Shown: positions 9,968 to 20,688, numbered from the stretch's first letter. The stretch: DNA of 64,000 nt from an uncultured Thermoplasmatales archaeon (GCA_964581795.1 CAZOPW010000002.1:4979-68978); one strand, 5' to 3'. The notes: generated by a model from the letters alone, not told the origin. Numbers and translations are program-made.

Positions 9968-11278
9968 TTATGGTTGAAATCGATTCATCGTTCGGGGAAA
10001 CGGAATCGCATCCTTTATATTATCTAGATGGCAAAGCCATGCTACAACCCGTTCGACACCAAGTCCATAACCGGAATGAGGAACAGATCCGTACCTACGA
10101 AGATCAAAATACCATTCATAATTTTCTTCATTTTCACCTGTTTCACGCAGTCGTTGTTTCATATATTCAATGTCTTCACTTCGTTGAGATCCTCCTATGA
10201 TTTCACCATATTCTTCAGGAGCAATCATATCGAAGCATAATGCCGTATTAGGCTTCTTAGGATCTTCTGGTTTGTAAAAAGCCATAATTTCTAATGGATA
10301 ATTTGTTACAACTACAGGGGTATCAAAATATTCCATTAATTTGTTCTCTTCAATAGTACGTAGATCTTTACCCCAAGGCACTTTCATGTTAGCTTTCGTA
10401 TCCAAGATATCTAATGCTTCATCGTAGGTGATTGTTGGATATTCTGAATTTGCCATGTGGGATAATTTTTCAATATCTTGACCTAGTACTTCTAATTCTT
10501 GTTTATTTTTATTTAATACTTGTTGAATAATGAACTGAACTTCCTGTTTAGCAATTTCAGTTAATTCAGATAATGTTATCCAAGCAGCTTCCATTTCAGC
10601 CATCCAAAATTCAGATAAATGACGAGATGTCTTAGATTTTTCAGCTCGAAAAGTAGGTCCCATATTGTAGACTTTTTCAAGAGAAAAAATAGCTGCTTCA
10701 GCATACAATTGCCAGGATTGTGAAAGATACGTTGTATCATCATAATATTTCACTTCAAAAAGCGTTGCTCCTCCTTCACATTGATTTGGTTGAAGAACTG
10801 GTGCATCAAATTCAATGTAATCTCGTTCTCTGAAAAACTCATGAATCGCTCCAACAATCGTAGAACGTATTTTTAGAACCGCATTTAGTTTCTGGGAGCG
10901 CAACCATAAATGCCTCTGATCAAGAAGAAATTCAGGACTTTGGTCTTCAACAATTGGGAAAGGTTCAGCAGAGTGAAGAACGTGGAAATCATCAACTCGT
11001 AATTCATATCCGCCTGGAGCTCTTTTATCAGCTGTTACTGTTCCTTTAACAATAACTGAGGACTCAATTAATGTTTTTTTTGCTTCTTCAAAATCATTAT
11101 CTGGTAGATTTCCTCTTTTCACTGTTGCTTGTAAAATACCTGTTGCGTCTCGTAAAACAATGAATACAATATTACCACTACTTCGAGTTCGAAAGATCCA
11201 TCCTCTTACTTTTACATGTTCATCTGTATGATTCCCATTAAGAATTTCATTTATTCGAGATAACCGAGTTTTACTCAT
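9968..11278 (-). CDS. asnS: Asparaginyl-tRNA synthetase (class IIb). The likely start is MSKTRLSRI; the ORF-track start is 28 codons upstream.
   Basis: Class II aaRS motifs (FRAEKS...RHLSEFWMAEME; GGSQR; GLGVERV). 'GGSQR' matches AsnRS rather than the AspRS 'GGGSIR'. N-terminal OB-fold anticodon-binding domain (VKVRGWIFRTRSSGNIVFIVLRD). Confidence 0.7.
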   Translation of the reverse strand: MSKTRLSRINEILNGNHTDEHVKVRGWIFRTRSSGNIVFIVLRDATGILQATVKRGNLPDNDFEEAKKTLIESSVIVKGTVTADKRAPGGYELRVDDFHVLHSAEPFPIVEDQSPEFLLDQRHLWLRSQKLNAVLKIRSTIVGAIHEFFRERDYIEFDAPVLQPNQCEGGATLFEVKYYDDTTYLSQSWQLYAEAAIFSLEKVYNMGPTFRAEKSKTSRHLSEFWMAEMEAAWITLSELTEIAKQEVQFIIQQVLNKNKQELEVLGQDIEKLSHMANSEYPTITYDEALDILDTKANMKVPWGKDLRTIEENKLMEYFDTPVVVTNYPLEIMAFYKPEDPKKPNTALCFDMIAPEEYGEIIGGSQRSEDIEYMKQRLRETGENEENYEWYFDLRRYGSVPHSGYGLGVERVVAWLCHLDNIKDAIPFPRTMNRFQP

Positions 11279-11380
11279 AATTAACACCGCTTGATAAATA
11301 AGTAAGAAATCATCATTTTGTATCTGAAATACAGTTATGCTATAAAAAACACAAGGATACACATATATAAATAAAGTTAT

Positions 11381-12640
11381 CTAAGAAAATAAAATTTTTT
11401 CTGCATAATCTGCAACTTTTTCACGATACTTCTTGTCCGTAATGATCATAACTTCCCAATCAGGTATAGAACGCATTCGAATAGCTTCAGCTACAGGAGT
11501 ATATTCTTGTAAGGTCTTACTAATTTCACCATCAATGATTGGAATATTTGTTTGCTGAATACGCGGCTCTGCTTGATGAAGATCTGGACGAGGTATGTCA
11601 ATGATAACATGGCCTTTAGGAATATCCAATGTATCTTCAAATTCAACTTCTTTTTCTCGACGAACTTGATTTTGCTCTAGGGATGTAATAACCTGTTTTT
11701 GATCTTCTGTACTCTGATAATTAGGTAAAACATATGCTTGCTTGAATAATTGACGATATTTTAAACAAGTGATTAATGTATGTTGAAATGTATCTTGTTG
11801 TTTTAAATACATGACTAATTCGGCATCAGTCATTGAAAAAAAGTTAAATGGATGTAATGAAGGAAGCATTTCTAAAGCTCGAGATAGCATAAGTTCTGCA
11901 ATACGAACTGTTTTATGGTAATAAACAGAAGAATACATGAGAGCTCGTGCCATTAAAATATTTTCAATAACACCAACTCCTTTACGATTCAACCCTAATT
12001 GATTTTGATATATACGTACGGTTTGAACAAATCGCTGCGTATCAATCATTCCATAGGCTACACCAGTGTAATACGCATCTCTTAAAAGATAATCAAGTTG
12101 ATCAACGTCTATGACACTGTTTAACACTTGAGTAAGATATGGCTTTGTTGTTTGATCGCCATGGATCATTGCAGACATTGTACTTGTGTCAATATGATAA
12201 GATTGAAGGATTTCAGAAACCATCTTGGTTGATTGTGAAAATTGTTTTTCGTCCTCCTGAAAAATACTGTATTCTCCAGTAATCAGTTTTTGAGTTAAAT
12301 CAACGTGGTCAACATTTAATGAACTTCTCAGAATTGATTCAAGTGTATGAGAAAAAGGACCATGTCCAATATCATGCAGCAAAGCAGCACATTTCACTAA
12401 CTGTTTTTCCTCTGAAGAAAGATTCAATGTATCTGCAATCTCTGAAGCCATATGAAAAGCTCCAAGAGAATGTTCTAAACGTGTATGATGCGCTCCAGGA
12501 AATACAAGATGAGCTAGACCGAGTTGTTTTATACTACTTAATCGCTGCAATTCAGGTGTGTCAAGTAATTCTAAAAACACCCCGTCAAATCGGATGTTTC
12601 CATGTATTGAATCTCTAATTATCTTGTATTCATTGATCAT
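11381..12640 (-). CDS. HD-superfamily phosphohydrolase, dGTPase/SAMHD1-like
   Basis: HD motif LLHDIGHGPFSH; about 420 aa with the conserved archaeal dNTP-triphosphohydrolase-like architecture. Confidence 0.6.
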   Translation of the reverse strand: MINEYKIIRDSIHGNIRFDGVFLELLDTPELQRLSSIKQLGLAHLVFPGAHHTRLEHSLGAFHMASEIADTLNLSSEEKQLVKCAALLHDIGHGPFSHTLESILRSSLNVDHVDLTQKLITGEYSIFQEDEKQFSQSTKMVSEILQSYHIDTSTMSAMIHGDQTTKPYLTQVLNSVIDVDQLDYLLRDAYYTGVAYGMIDTQRFVQTVRIYQNQLGLNRKGVGVIENILMARALMYSSVYYHKTVRIAELMLSRALEMLPSLHPFNFFSMTDAELVMYLKQQDTFQHTLITCLKYRQLFKQAYVLPNYQSTEDQKQVITSLEQNQVRREKEVEFEDTLDIPKGHVIIDIPRPDLHQAEPRIQQTNIPIIDGEISKTLQEYTPVAEAIRMRSIPDWEVMIITDKKYREKVADYAEKILFS

Positions 12641-12769
12641 TAGAATCAAAGCACCTTAATCCATTAGTAAAGATATCGTAGGGAAACATAATTACTTTTC
12701 ATATAAATGCTTTGAATGATGAAATCATCTATTTGGCGAAATAAAAAAAATGAAAAAAGAAGATTTGAT

Positions 12770-13837
12770 CTAAACTTCTTGTAATAGGAATGGCCCTAAA
12801 GATTTCAATTTTTCCTCGTAGGATTCAGGATATAAGAACCGTTCAGTTTGTGTGATACTACTTAAAATAGAATTTCCATCCTGTGGAGTGAAACAAAAAC
12901 CAATAATTTCATTTTCATCCTTTACATGAACAGAAGGTAAAACGGCTACAGTTTGATTTAAAATCCTGCCATAGTGTCCATGATCTCTACCAAATGAAAA
13001 AACAAGGTTCGCAGCTTTTTTCTGAGTGACAGATACACGAGGATTATCAATGAATTTTTGAATCGCTTCATCCTTAGTTATTTTATTATCGACTTTAAGG
13101 TCATACCAGATACTATGCATGTATTGAGTGTTTAATTTTAAAGCACTTGAGAACACATTTAGTTTCAAACCCATGGTTTCATACAGATGATAAACATCAC
13201 GAGCATGATGAGTACCCATTGCTTCATCAGTGTGACTTCCGACTTCAGGTGAGGGAACATAACTTTTTACCTGACTGACATCATTTGCTCTTCGAATGCA
13301 AAGGAATTTCCCCTCTTTAAGATGATTTTTATTTTTTTCCATTGCTAATGTTTTAATGAGCACTGCAATATTATGCGTATTACAACTCACTATGTGAATA
13401 AATTTATCTTGTTTGGTAATTGCTTTATCATTAATACCAACTGCATACATTTTCCCAAAACCAAACTCAGATCCTTGGGCTAAAAATCCTTTCACCTTGT
13501 TTTTATATTTATTATAATATTTCTCCTTATTCATCAATCCAGTTCCTTTAGGAGTACAATCGATTACTACTGAAGACCGTTTAATTGCCTCCTCAGCTTC
13601 ATAAGTGGGTTCAGTCCCAAGTTCTTGAAATTCCTTAATTTTTTGCTCGGCAACCGCTAACTCAGCACCCCTATTAATCAATCCTTTAATTTTTGGACGA
13701 TCAATTTCTTTTGCGGTATGTTTGTAAAAAGTAATTTCATCAATTCCGAGCTCATCTTTTGCATCACAGAGCAACCCAATTAATGGTTCCCCAATGGTTC
13801 CGGTTCCCACAACATGAACGATTTTTTCATCTGTCAT
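12770..13837 (-). CDS. gap: Glyceraldehyde-3-phosphate dehydrogenase, archaeal type II (tentative)
   Basis: N-terminal Rossmann motif VVGTGTIGEPL and catalytic-Cys motif IVSCNTHN, which resembles the archaeal GAPDH 'VSCNTT'. 355 aa. Confidence 0.5.
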   Translation of the reverse strand: MTDEKIVHVVGTGTIGEPLIGLLCDAKDELGIDEITFYKHTAKEIDRPKIKGLINRGAELAVAEQKIKEFQELGTEPTYEAEEAIKRSSVVIDCTPKGTGLMNKEKYYNKYKNKVKGFLAQGSEFGFGKMYAVGINDKAITKQDKFIHIVSCNTHNIAVLIKTLAMEKNKNHLKEGKFLCIRRANDVSQVKSYVPSPEVGSHTDEAMGTHHARDVYHLYETMGLKLNVFSSALKLNTQYMHSIWYDLKVDNKITKDEAIQKFIDNPRVSVTQKKAANLVFSFGRDHGHYGRILNQTVAVLPSVHVKDENEIIGFCFTPQDGNSILSSITQTERFLYPESYEEKLKSLGPFLLQEV

Positions 13838-13965
13838 AATTTCACTCCTCCCCAGTCAGAGCAATTTGTAATCATCCCCCTGCTTTTAATTGTTACCCTC
13901 ATTTTTTGAAAAATATTGATTCTTGAGGGAATGATTTAAAAAGGAGTAGCTAATTCACCCTTTTC

Positions 13966-14181
13966 ATGGCATTACCATTAGACGTTTTACAAAAATCTGT
14001 GAATCAAAAATTACATCTTCTTCTTAAGGATGGACGAATAATCGAAGGGAAACTTTCAGGTTATGACGAATATATGAACATGGTTCTTGAAGATGTTGAG
14101 GAAGCATATGATGATACGAAACGGCGACTTGGCACTATCATTCTTCGCGGAAACAATGTGGTAAGTATCTCATTAAAATAA
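13966..14181 (+). CDS. Sm-like (LSm) archaeal protein
   Basis: 71 aa with Sm1/Sm2 pattern (GKLSGYDEYMNMVLEDVEE ... ILRGNNVVSI). Confidence 0.75.
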   Translation: MALPLDVLQKSVNQKLHLLLKDGRIIEGKLSGYDEYMNMVLEDVEEAYDDTKRRLGTIILRGNNVVSISLK

Positions 14182-14263
14182 ATGACTTTTTACCCTAAAT
14201 TCCTTACAATATTTCCTTGGGAAATAATAATATTTTTCACTTGCTCCTCGTCATCTAGCAGTC

Positions 14264-14286
14264 TTTTTCCTTTAGAAAAGGAAAAA
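14264..14286 (+). terminator. Perfect 10-bp-stem hairpin (tttttccttt-aga-aaaggaaaaa) 83 nt after the Sm gene, flanked by A/T-rich sequence. Possibly a terminator or regulatory hairpin.
   Basis: Inverted repeat read directly in the sequence. Archaeal terminators are usually oligo-T tracts, so the function is uncertain. Confidence 0.25.
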
Positions 14287-14528
14287 AATATTCAAATTAG
14301 GCGAAAAGCATTTATATGACTTTTTACTATGTGGTAAATGGAAGGAATCGGGCTGGTAGTTTTTTGTTAGAGTGCATCCCATCCCCTCCTAGTGAGGCCA
14401 GCCATCCTTCCTTTCTTCGCATATAATCTTAAAGAGTAAAAGACATTTTTTTAACGATTTTTCTAATTTGAAATTCCCCCATATTTTTTTCAACAAACAT
14501 TTAAGTAGATTGTGAAAATATCAGGCTC

Positions 14529-16211
14529 GTGATTCTTATGGGGAGAACTATTAAGGCAACCAGAGGAAAAGAATTACGATGCAAGGGATGGAGACAGGAA
14601 GCGATTTTACGCATGTTAGAAAATAATCTTGAGAATGCAGAACTTCCTGATGATTTAATCGTTTATGGGGGAACTGGGAAAGCAGCACGAAACTGGGAAA
14701 GTTATGAAGCTATTGTTGAAATATTAAAAAATTTAGAAAATGATGAAACAATGGTTATTCAATCTGGTAAACCTGTTGCTGTGTTTAAAACCTGGGAAAC
14801 ATCACCTCGGGTAGTGATGGCGAATTCAAATATCGTCCCTCAATGGAGTCACTGGGATAAATTCAATGAACTTGATAAACTAGGCTTAATCATGTATGGA
14901 CAGATGACCGCAGGATCATGGTGTTATATAGGCACCCAGGGTATCATTCAAGGAACATATGAAACATTTTCAGCTTTAGCAAATAAACATTTTAAAAGTG
15001 ATTTAACCGGAAAAATTGTTCTTACCGGGGGAATGGGTGGAATGAGTGGAGCTCAACCATTATCTGTAAAAATGGCAGGGGGTGTGTGCCTTGATGTTGA
15101 GTGTGATGAGCAGCGTATTGATCGACGAATTAAAGCTGGTTTCTGTGATAAAAAAATGTTTGATTTGGATGATGCAGTAGAACTTGCAGAAAAAGCAAGA
15201 GCAGATAGGACACCATTATCGATAGGTGTTGTGAATAATTGTGCTGATACTCATCCTTATTTAGTTAAACAAAGTTTTAAACCAGATGTGGTAACGGATC
15301 AAACATCCGCTCACGATGAATTAAATGGGTATGTCCCTGCTGGTTTTTTTGCCAATAATTTAGATGAAGCAATAGAATTACGAAAGAATAATCCTGGAAA
15401 ATATAAAGAGCATGCGTTGCAGAGTATGAAATACCATTGCAAAGCTATTATAGAATTCCAAAAAAACGGATCGATTGCATTTGATTACGGAAATAATTTA
15501 CGTGGTCAAGCTGAAAAAGCAGGTCTCTCTAATGCATTTGAATATCCTGGTTTTGTTCCAGCATATGTTCGACCCTTACTTGCAGTTGGAAGAGGTCCGT
15601 TCCGTTGGCTAGCGATATCTGGTGATCCAGAGGATATTATAAAAACAGATAATGTCGTTTTAGAAATGTTTCCAGATGACACCGTTCTTTTGAATTGGAT
15701 TAAGCTAGCTAAAGAATATTTACCATGGGAAGGGCTTCCAGCAAGGGTATGTTGGCTTGGTTATGGTGATCGAAAAAAATTTGCATTAGCAATTAATGAT
15801 ATGGTTAGAAATGAAGAAATCGGTCCGATTGCAATTACTCGCGATCATCTAGATACGGGTAGTGTTGCCTCGCCTTACCGGGAAACTGAAGGAATGAAAG
15901 ATGGAAGTGATACAGTCGCAGATTGGCCTTTGTTAAATGCTTTATTAAATACGGCAGCTGGTGCAGATAATGTCCAAATTCACAATGGAGGAGGTGTCGG
16001 TATTGGTCTTTCCACACATGCAGGTATGGTAGTGGTCTGTGATGGGAGTAAAACAAGTGATGAGCGAATAAAACGAGTATTTACAACCGATCCGGGCATG
16101 GGGGTGATTCGTCACGCTGATGCAGGATATAAAGAGTCAATAAATTTAGTTCAACGATCTGATCTGCGCTCTCCTTTATTGAAAAATAAGAAAAAAACAT
16201 TGGATGAATAG
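14529..16211 (+). CDS. hutU: Urocanate hydratase
   Basis: 560 aa. N terminus and internal motifs typical of urocanase (LRCKGWRQEAILRMLENNL, YGGTGKAARNWESY, GGMGGMSGAQP). Confidence 0.8.
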   Translation: MILMGRTIKATRGKELRCKGWRQEAILRMLENNLENAELPDDLIVYGGTGKAARNWESYEAIVEILKNLENDETMVIQSGKPVAVFKTWETSPRVVMANSNIVPQWSHWDKFNELDKLGLIMYGQMTAGSWCYIGTQGIIQGTYETFSALANKHFKSDLTGKIVLTGGMGGMSGAQPLSVKMAGGVCLDVECDEQRIDRRIKAGFCDKKMFDLDDAVELAEKARADRTPLSIGVVNNCADTHPYLVKQSFKPDVVTDQTSAHDELNGYVPAGFFANNLDEAIELRKNNPGKYKEHALQSMKYHCKAIIEFQKNGSIAFDYGNNLRGQAEKAGLSNAFEYPGFVPAYVRPLLAVGRGPFRWLAISGDPEDIIKTDNVVLEMFPDDTVLLNWIKLAKEYLPWEGLPARVCWLGYGDRKKFALAINDMVRNEEIGPIAITRDHLDTGSVASPYRETEGMKDGSDTVADWPLLNALLNTAAGADNVQIHNGGGVGIGLSTHAGMVVVCDGSKTSDERIKRVFTTDPGMGVIRHADAGYKESINLVQRSDLRSPLLKNKKKTLDE

Positions 16212-16213
16212 AT

Positions 16214-17737
16214 ATGATCACACTGACGGGGTCATCATTGACCATCGAAGATGTTGTTGCATGTGCTCGGGATTTTGAAAGGGTAAACATATCTATTGAA
16301 TCAAATGAAGCTATGATAAAATCTCAAAAGCTAGTGATGGATTTACTTCATTCAAAAAAAATTGTTTATGGGGTCAACACTGGTTTCGGAAGTCTTTCTA
16401 CAGAAAAAATTGATAAACAGGATGTCGAAAGATTACAAGTGAATTTATTACGTAGTCATAGTTGTGGAGTTGGCGACCTATTATCAATTGATATAGTAAG
16501 AGCAATGATGATTCTTCGAGCGAACTCACTTGCGAAGGGTTTTTCAGGTATTCGACCCTGTGTTGTTCAGCTTCTTTTGGATATGTTAAATCATAAGATT
16601 CATCCGATTGTACCTAGGATGGGATCTATCGGTGCAAGTGGAGATTTAGTTCCTCTTGCTCATATTGGTTTATGTTTAATAGGAGAAGGAGAGGTAATTT
16701 TTCAACAAACGAAAATGCCGGCAAAGCAAGCATTTGAAAAAACGGGGTTAACACCAGTATCTCTGCAAGCAAAAGAAGGATTAGCCTTAATTAATGGAAC
16801 CCAATTGATGAGTGCACTTGGAAGTTTATTTGTTTCAGATGCAGAGTCAATACTAAAACACGCTCAAATCGCTGGTTCACTCAGTTTAGAAGCATTACGA
16901 GGCACGAATCAAGCGTTCAGAAAAGAAATATCTCAATTACGACCACATACTGGGCAAATCCAGTGTGCAGATAATCTCTGGCGGTTAACTGAAGATAGCC
17001 GTATTCATGACTCTCATAAAAATTGTGAGAAAGTTCAAGATGCATACACCCTTCGTTGTATGCCACAAGTTTTTGGTGCATCAAAAGATGTATTCACCTA
17101 TGTAAAACATGTTATTGAAACAGAAATTAACTCAGTGACGGATAATCCCTTAGTATTTCCTGAATTATCAGAAAGTATTTCTGGAGGGAATTTCCATGGT
17201 CAACCATTAGCATTTGCATTGGATTTTCTTGCAATAAGTTTAGCTGAAATAGGTAATTTCAGTGAACGGCGAATTGCTCGATTAGTTGATAAACATCATT
17301 CTGATTTACCAGCATTTTTGACAAAATATCATGGTCTTCACTCAGGGTTAATGCTTCCGCAATATGTTGCAGCCTCATTGGTTAACGAGAATAAAACACT
17401 CTGTCATCCCAACAGTGTTGACTCTATTTCCTCTTCTGCAAATAAAGAAGATCATGTGAGCATGGGAGCAAATGCTGGATTAAAATTAATTAAGATTACT
17501 GAAAATGTACGAAACATCTTAGCTATTGAATTTTTAACAAGTGCTCAAGGATTAGAATTTCTAAAACCATTAACTCCTGCCAAAGCACTACAACCAGCAT
17601 TAGAAGTAATAAGGAATCAGGTGTCTTTTGTTGATGAAGATCGATCATTACATTCAGATATAAAAAAACTTTCAACCCTTATCAAAAAAGAAACTATTCT
17701 TACTAATGTTGAATCAGTTATTGGTTCTTTAAACTAA
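16214..17737 (+). CDS. hutH: Histidine ammonia-lyase
   Basis: 507 aa. MIO-forming triad Ala-Ser-Gly in SIGASGDLVPLAH (nt 16634-16642); Tyr loop VYGVNTGFG. Immediately downstream of hutU. Confidence 0.8.
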   Translation: MITLTGSSLTIEDVVACARDFERVNISIESNEAMIKSQKLVMDLLHSKKIVYGVNTGFGSLSTEKIDKQDVERLQVNLLRSHSCGVGDLLSIDIVRAMMILRANSLAKGFSGIRPCVVQLLLDMLNHKIHPIVPRMGSIGASGDLVPLAHIGLCLIGEGEVIFQQTKMPAKQAFEKTGLTPVSLQAKEGLALINGTQLMSALGSLFVSDAESILKHAQIAGSLSLEALRGTNQAFRKEISQLRPHTGQIQCADNLWRLTEDSRIHDSHKNCEKVQDAYTLRCMPQVFGASKDVFTYVKHVIETEINSVTDNPLVFPELSESISGGNFHGQPLAFALDFLAISLAEIGNFSERRIARLVDKHHSDLPAFLTKYHGLHSGLMLPQYVAASLVNENKTLCHPNSVDSISSSANKEDHVSMGANAGLKLIKITENVRNILAIEFLTSAQGLEFLKPLTPAKALQPALEVIRNQVSFVDEDRSLHSDIKKLSTLIKKETILTNVESVIGSLN

Positions 17738-17785
17738 CTTTTTTTCCGAAAAAAACTAATAACCCTTTCTTTTTCGGTAAGTGTA

Positions 17786-18880
17786 ATGAATTTTACATCA
17801 AATGCTTGTGAAACGATAAATCAATTCTTAGCACAACTCGGAATTTCAAATCCGCTAATTGGTCAAATCGTAATAAGCACAATTTATTTTTTCTTAGCGA
17901 TTTTTATTGGTTTAATTGTGTATCGTATTTTTGAACGATACTTCACCCAATGGGCAAAAAAAACAAGGACTACTTTGGATGATGAAATCCTTGCAAATAT
18001 TAAGCTTCCTGTTTATTTAGTTGTTATTGTTGTTGGTTTATACTATGCATTGACTCCATTAAGCATTTTAGAACCATTTTTATTTCAGATAAGACTTATA
18101 TTTTCAATTGTTGAGATTTTACTTGTCTCTTTTGCTGTAACCCGTATTATTAATGTATTAGTTGCTTGGTATGCGGAAAAAAAGAGAGAGCGAGAAAAGG
18201 ATGTGAGCGAGCATATTCTTTTTTTATTGAAAAGGTTACTTCATATTGTAGTTTATATTTTCGCATTTATATTTGTTCTTTGGGCATTTGGGATTAATCT
18301 TTCAGGTGCTATAGTTGGTCTTGGAGTTGGAGGTATAGCTATTGCCTTTGCTCTTCAAAATGTTTTAAGTGACTTGTTTAGTGCTTTCACTATTTATTTT
18401 GACCGTCCTTTTGAAATTGGAGATTTTGTGATTATTGGTTCTGATATGGGGACAGTTAAAAAAATTGGGATGGTTTCAACCAGAATTCAAACCTTGCAAG
18501 GGGAGGAACTTGTTGTTTCAAATCAGGAATTGATTTCAACAAGAATTCGTAATTTTAAACAAATGGAAAAGCGAAGAATTGTATTTGGTTTAGGTGTAAT
18601 TTATGGGACTCCCTTATCCAAATTAGAAAAAATACCTGATATGTTAAAAGAAATAATCAATAGTGTTGATTTGACAGATGTTGATCGCGTTCACTTTAAG
18701 GAATATGGTAATTTCAGTTTGAATTTTGAAGTTGTTTATTATATACGCTCAAAGGATTATGCAGTGTATATGGATATTCAACAGGAAATTAATTTTAAAA
18801 TTAAAGAAGCATTTGAAAAAGAAGGAATTGAAATGGCGTTTCCAACACAAACATTATTTCTTAAAAATGAAAACGCCTAA
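17786..18880 (+). CDS. Small-conductance mechanosensitive channel (MscS family)
   Basis: Multiple N-terminal TM helices, a conserved MscS pore-lining helix with beta-domain (GAIVGLGVGGIAIAFALQNVLSDLFS ... GDFVIIGSDMGTVKKIGMVSTRIQT), and a C-terminal cytoplasmic domain. Confidence 0.7.
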   Translation: MNFTSNACETINQFLAQLGISNPLIGQIVISTIYFFLAIFIGLIVYRIFERYFTQWAKKTRTTLDDEILANIKLPVYLVVIVVGLYYALTPLSILEPFLFQIRLIFSIVEILLVSFAVTRIINVLVAWYAEKKREREKDVSEHILFLLKRLLHIVVYIFAFIFVLWAFGINLSGAIVGLGVGGIAIAFALQNVLSDLFSAFTIYFDRPFEIGDFVIIGSDMGTVKKIGMVSTRIQTLQGEELVVSNQELISTRIRNFKQMEKRRIVFGLGVIYGTPLSKLEKIPDMLKEIINSVDLTDVDRVHFKEYGNFSLNFEVVYYIRSKDYAVYMDIQQEINFKIKEAFEKEGIEMAFPTQTLFLKNENA

Positions 18881-18921
18881 TTTTTTTTCATTTATTTTTT
18901 CTATATTATTTAGGCTGGCAA

Positions 18922-19440
18922 CTAAGGTGATGTAAGATTTATTAAATAAGATTTTAAAATATGTTGAGTTGCAGCCATTGATAACATGACAATGATGATA
19001 AATAATACTGAACTAGAATTCCATTGATTGATAACTAATCCTAACGCTATGCCTGCTGCTGGTGCATGTTCTGTGTTTGTTATGGTCATAAGAAATATTG
19101 ATAAACCCACTGCAATAGCAGCAAAAAAGATAGAAACTTCGTTAGTTTTAATTAAAGAAAATATTGAATTATTGGTGTAAATTATACTACCAAAATAATT
19201 GCATATAATACCCATGCTAATACCAATAGTGTAGCCTCCAATTAACCGTTTTGGTGAGGAGGAATATGATTTTGGCATTGTAAAAATAATAAATGAAGTT
19301 GCTCCAAGAGACGCAATGATTGCTGTTTCTGTTATTACGTCTAGAAATAATAGTGCTATGAGGAGGATGATTGTCGCAATTAGACATTGGAATATGTACT
19401 TTGAAAGGTTCTTTCCTACTTTTTCATCTATGACTCTCAT
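18922..19440 (-). CDS. Integral membrane protein, possibly HPP-family
   Basis: 172 aa with about 4 TM helices; 'TEHAPAAGIALG' resembles the HPP-family signature. Confidence 0.35.
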   Translation of the reverse strand: MRVIDEKVGKNLSKYIFQCLIATIILLIALLFLDVITETAIIASLGATSFIIFTMPKSYSSSPKRLIGGYTIGISMGIICNYFGSIIYTNNSIFSLIKTNEVSIFFAAIAVGLSIFLMTITNTEHAPAAGIALGLVINQWNSSSVLFIIIVMLSMAATQHILKSYLINLTSP

Positions 19441-19690
19441 CGTTCACTATTGAATTACATTGATACTATAAAATGAGTGTTTAGTATTATCAGAAGTATT
19501 GCTATTTAAATAATAATTATCTATATAGCCGATTGCTTGACCTTTACTTTTTTCCATTATTTTATTTCCTACAACTATTTTCTTAAAGTTCATTAATAAA
19601 ATTATATCATATATTTTATAACAAATATATTAATATATCACTATTATAAATAATATTATTATCATTTCTGTTATCAAATTTTCCATCCAT

Positions 19691-20578
19691 TCACGGCTCT
19701 TTAAAGAAAGAATCTATAATCTCACCTTTTGCTTTAGCGGCATTATATCCTAAGCTAATATTTTCTTTAACTGTTCCCCAATCAAAATCAAGAACATGAT
19801 CAGAAGTAAAACCCGTGGGTAAATAATAATCGCCATGCTCTTCTTCTAATAAATCAATCATATCTTCTCCCTTTGCATCAAGAAGAGTGCGATATAGAAT
19901 ACGTGCATACTGCATTTTATTTTTAAACGAATAATCCCTTTTTTGAGTCAAATTAAAAGGTGAAATAGCAAAAATTTTTACATTTTCACGGCCATTTTGT
20001 AATGCCGCCTTAATCGGATATCCTTCACAAACACCACCATCCACAAAACAATGCTTAATCCCATTTTTACCCTTTAGCCACACAGGTTCGAATATGCCTG
20101 GTATAGCAATAGATGCAGTGATGGCAGTTGAAAGACTCATGTCCACATCCTTTGGAATGTATTTCCTTTTTCCATCATTAAGATCTGTTACAACACATTG
20201 AAATTTAGTTTCAGTGAAACTATCCCAATTGATATCAAAATCATTAAATATTTTATCTAGCAAACGTTGAATTTTTTGTATTCGTACAAGCCCCCAATAG
20301 AACAAAAAATCAGCCATCCAAATTAAAGGGGCAACACGAAACTCTTTCCATGGTTTATATTTTTTAAATGTTTTTTCCATATCTGAACTCGATATACCTG
20401 CAGCCATAAAACAACCAAATAAAGCACCACCACTCGTTCCAACGATATAATCAGGACGATATTGTTTTTCATCAAACACATATTTCCAAAAACCAATATA
20501 TGATGTAGTATGAGCTCCACCACCAGAACACGCTAAAATTTTTTCCCGTTGTTTATTAGTTTTAATCATTTTCTTCAA
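19691..20578 (-). CDS. Patatin-like phospholipase
   Basis: Oxyanion-hole Gly-rich motif CSGGGAHTTS, nucleophile elbow GTSGG (GxSxG), catalytic Asp in DGG (VDGGVCEGYP). Confidence 0.7.
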   Translation of the reverse strand: MKKMIKTNKQREKILACSGGGAHTTSYIGFWKYVFDEKQYRPDYIVGTSGGALFGCFMAAGISSSDMEKTFKKYKPWKEFRVAPLIWMADFLFYWGLVRIQKIQRLLDKIFNDFDINWDSFTETKFQCVVTDLNDGKRKYIPKDVDMSLSTAITASIAIPGIFEPVWLKGKNGIKHCFVDGGVCEGYPIKAALQNGRENVKIFAISPFNLTQKRDYSFKNKMQYARILYRTLLDAKGEDMIDLLEEEHGDYYLPTGFTSDHVLDFDWGTVKENISLGYNAAKAKGEIIDSFFKEP

Positions 20579-20688
20579 ACTATTGAATACAATACTTGTT
20601 TTTTAAATTTTTAAAAAAATTTGATTTTTTTTTAATTTCATATTCATGCTTAAAACAATCAAGCATAATTTATATACTTCCTTTCTCT

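Noticed and set aside
9968-11278. Aspartyl-tRNA synthetase assignment for the class IIb aaRS
   Set aside because: Motif 3 region reads GGSQR (AsnRS-type) rather than GGGSIR (AspRS-type), so it is called AsnRS. The ORF-track N-terminal 28 codons (MYPCVFYSITVF...) are also rejected as non-coding leader.
14350-14403. tRNA-like acceptor stem GGGCUGG...CCAGCC
   Set aside because: Only about 54 nt lie between the stem halves, with no D/T-arm pattern or anticodon-loop context, so it is too short for a tRNA. It is kept as a generic structured-RNA candidate.
19691-20578. Patatin-like phospholipase or HD-domain protein (11381-12640) as anti-phage defense effectors
   Set aside because: Both sit among housekeeping genes with no partner sensor, cyclase or other defense-island genes, and both families have well-known housekeeping members.
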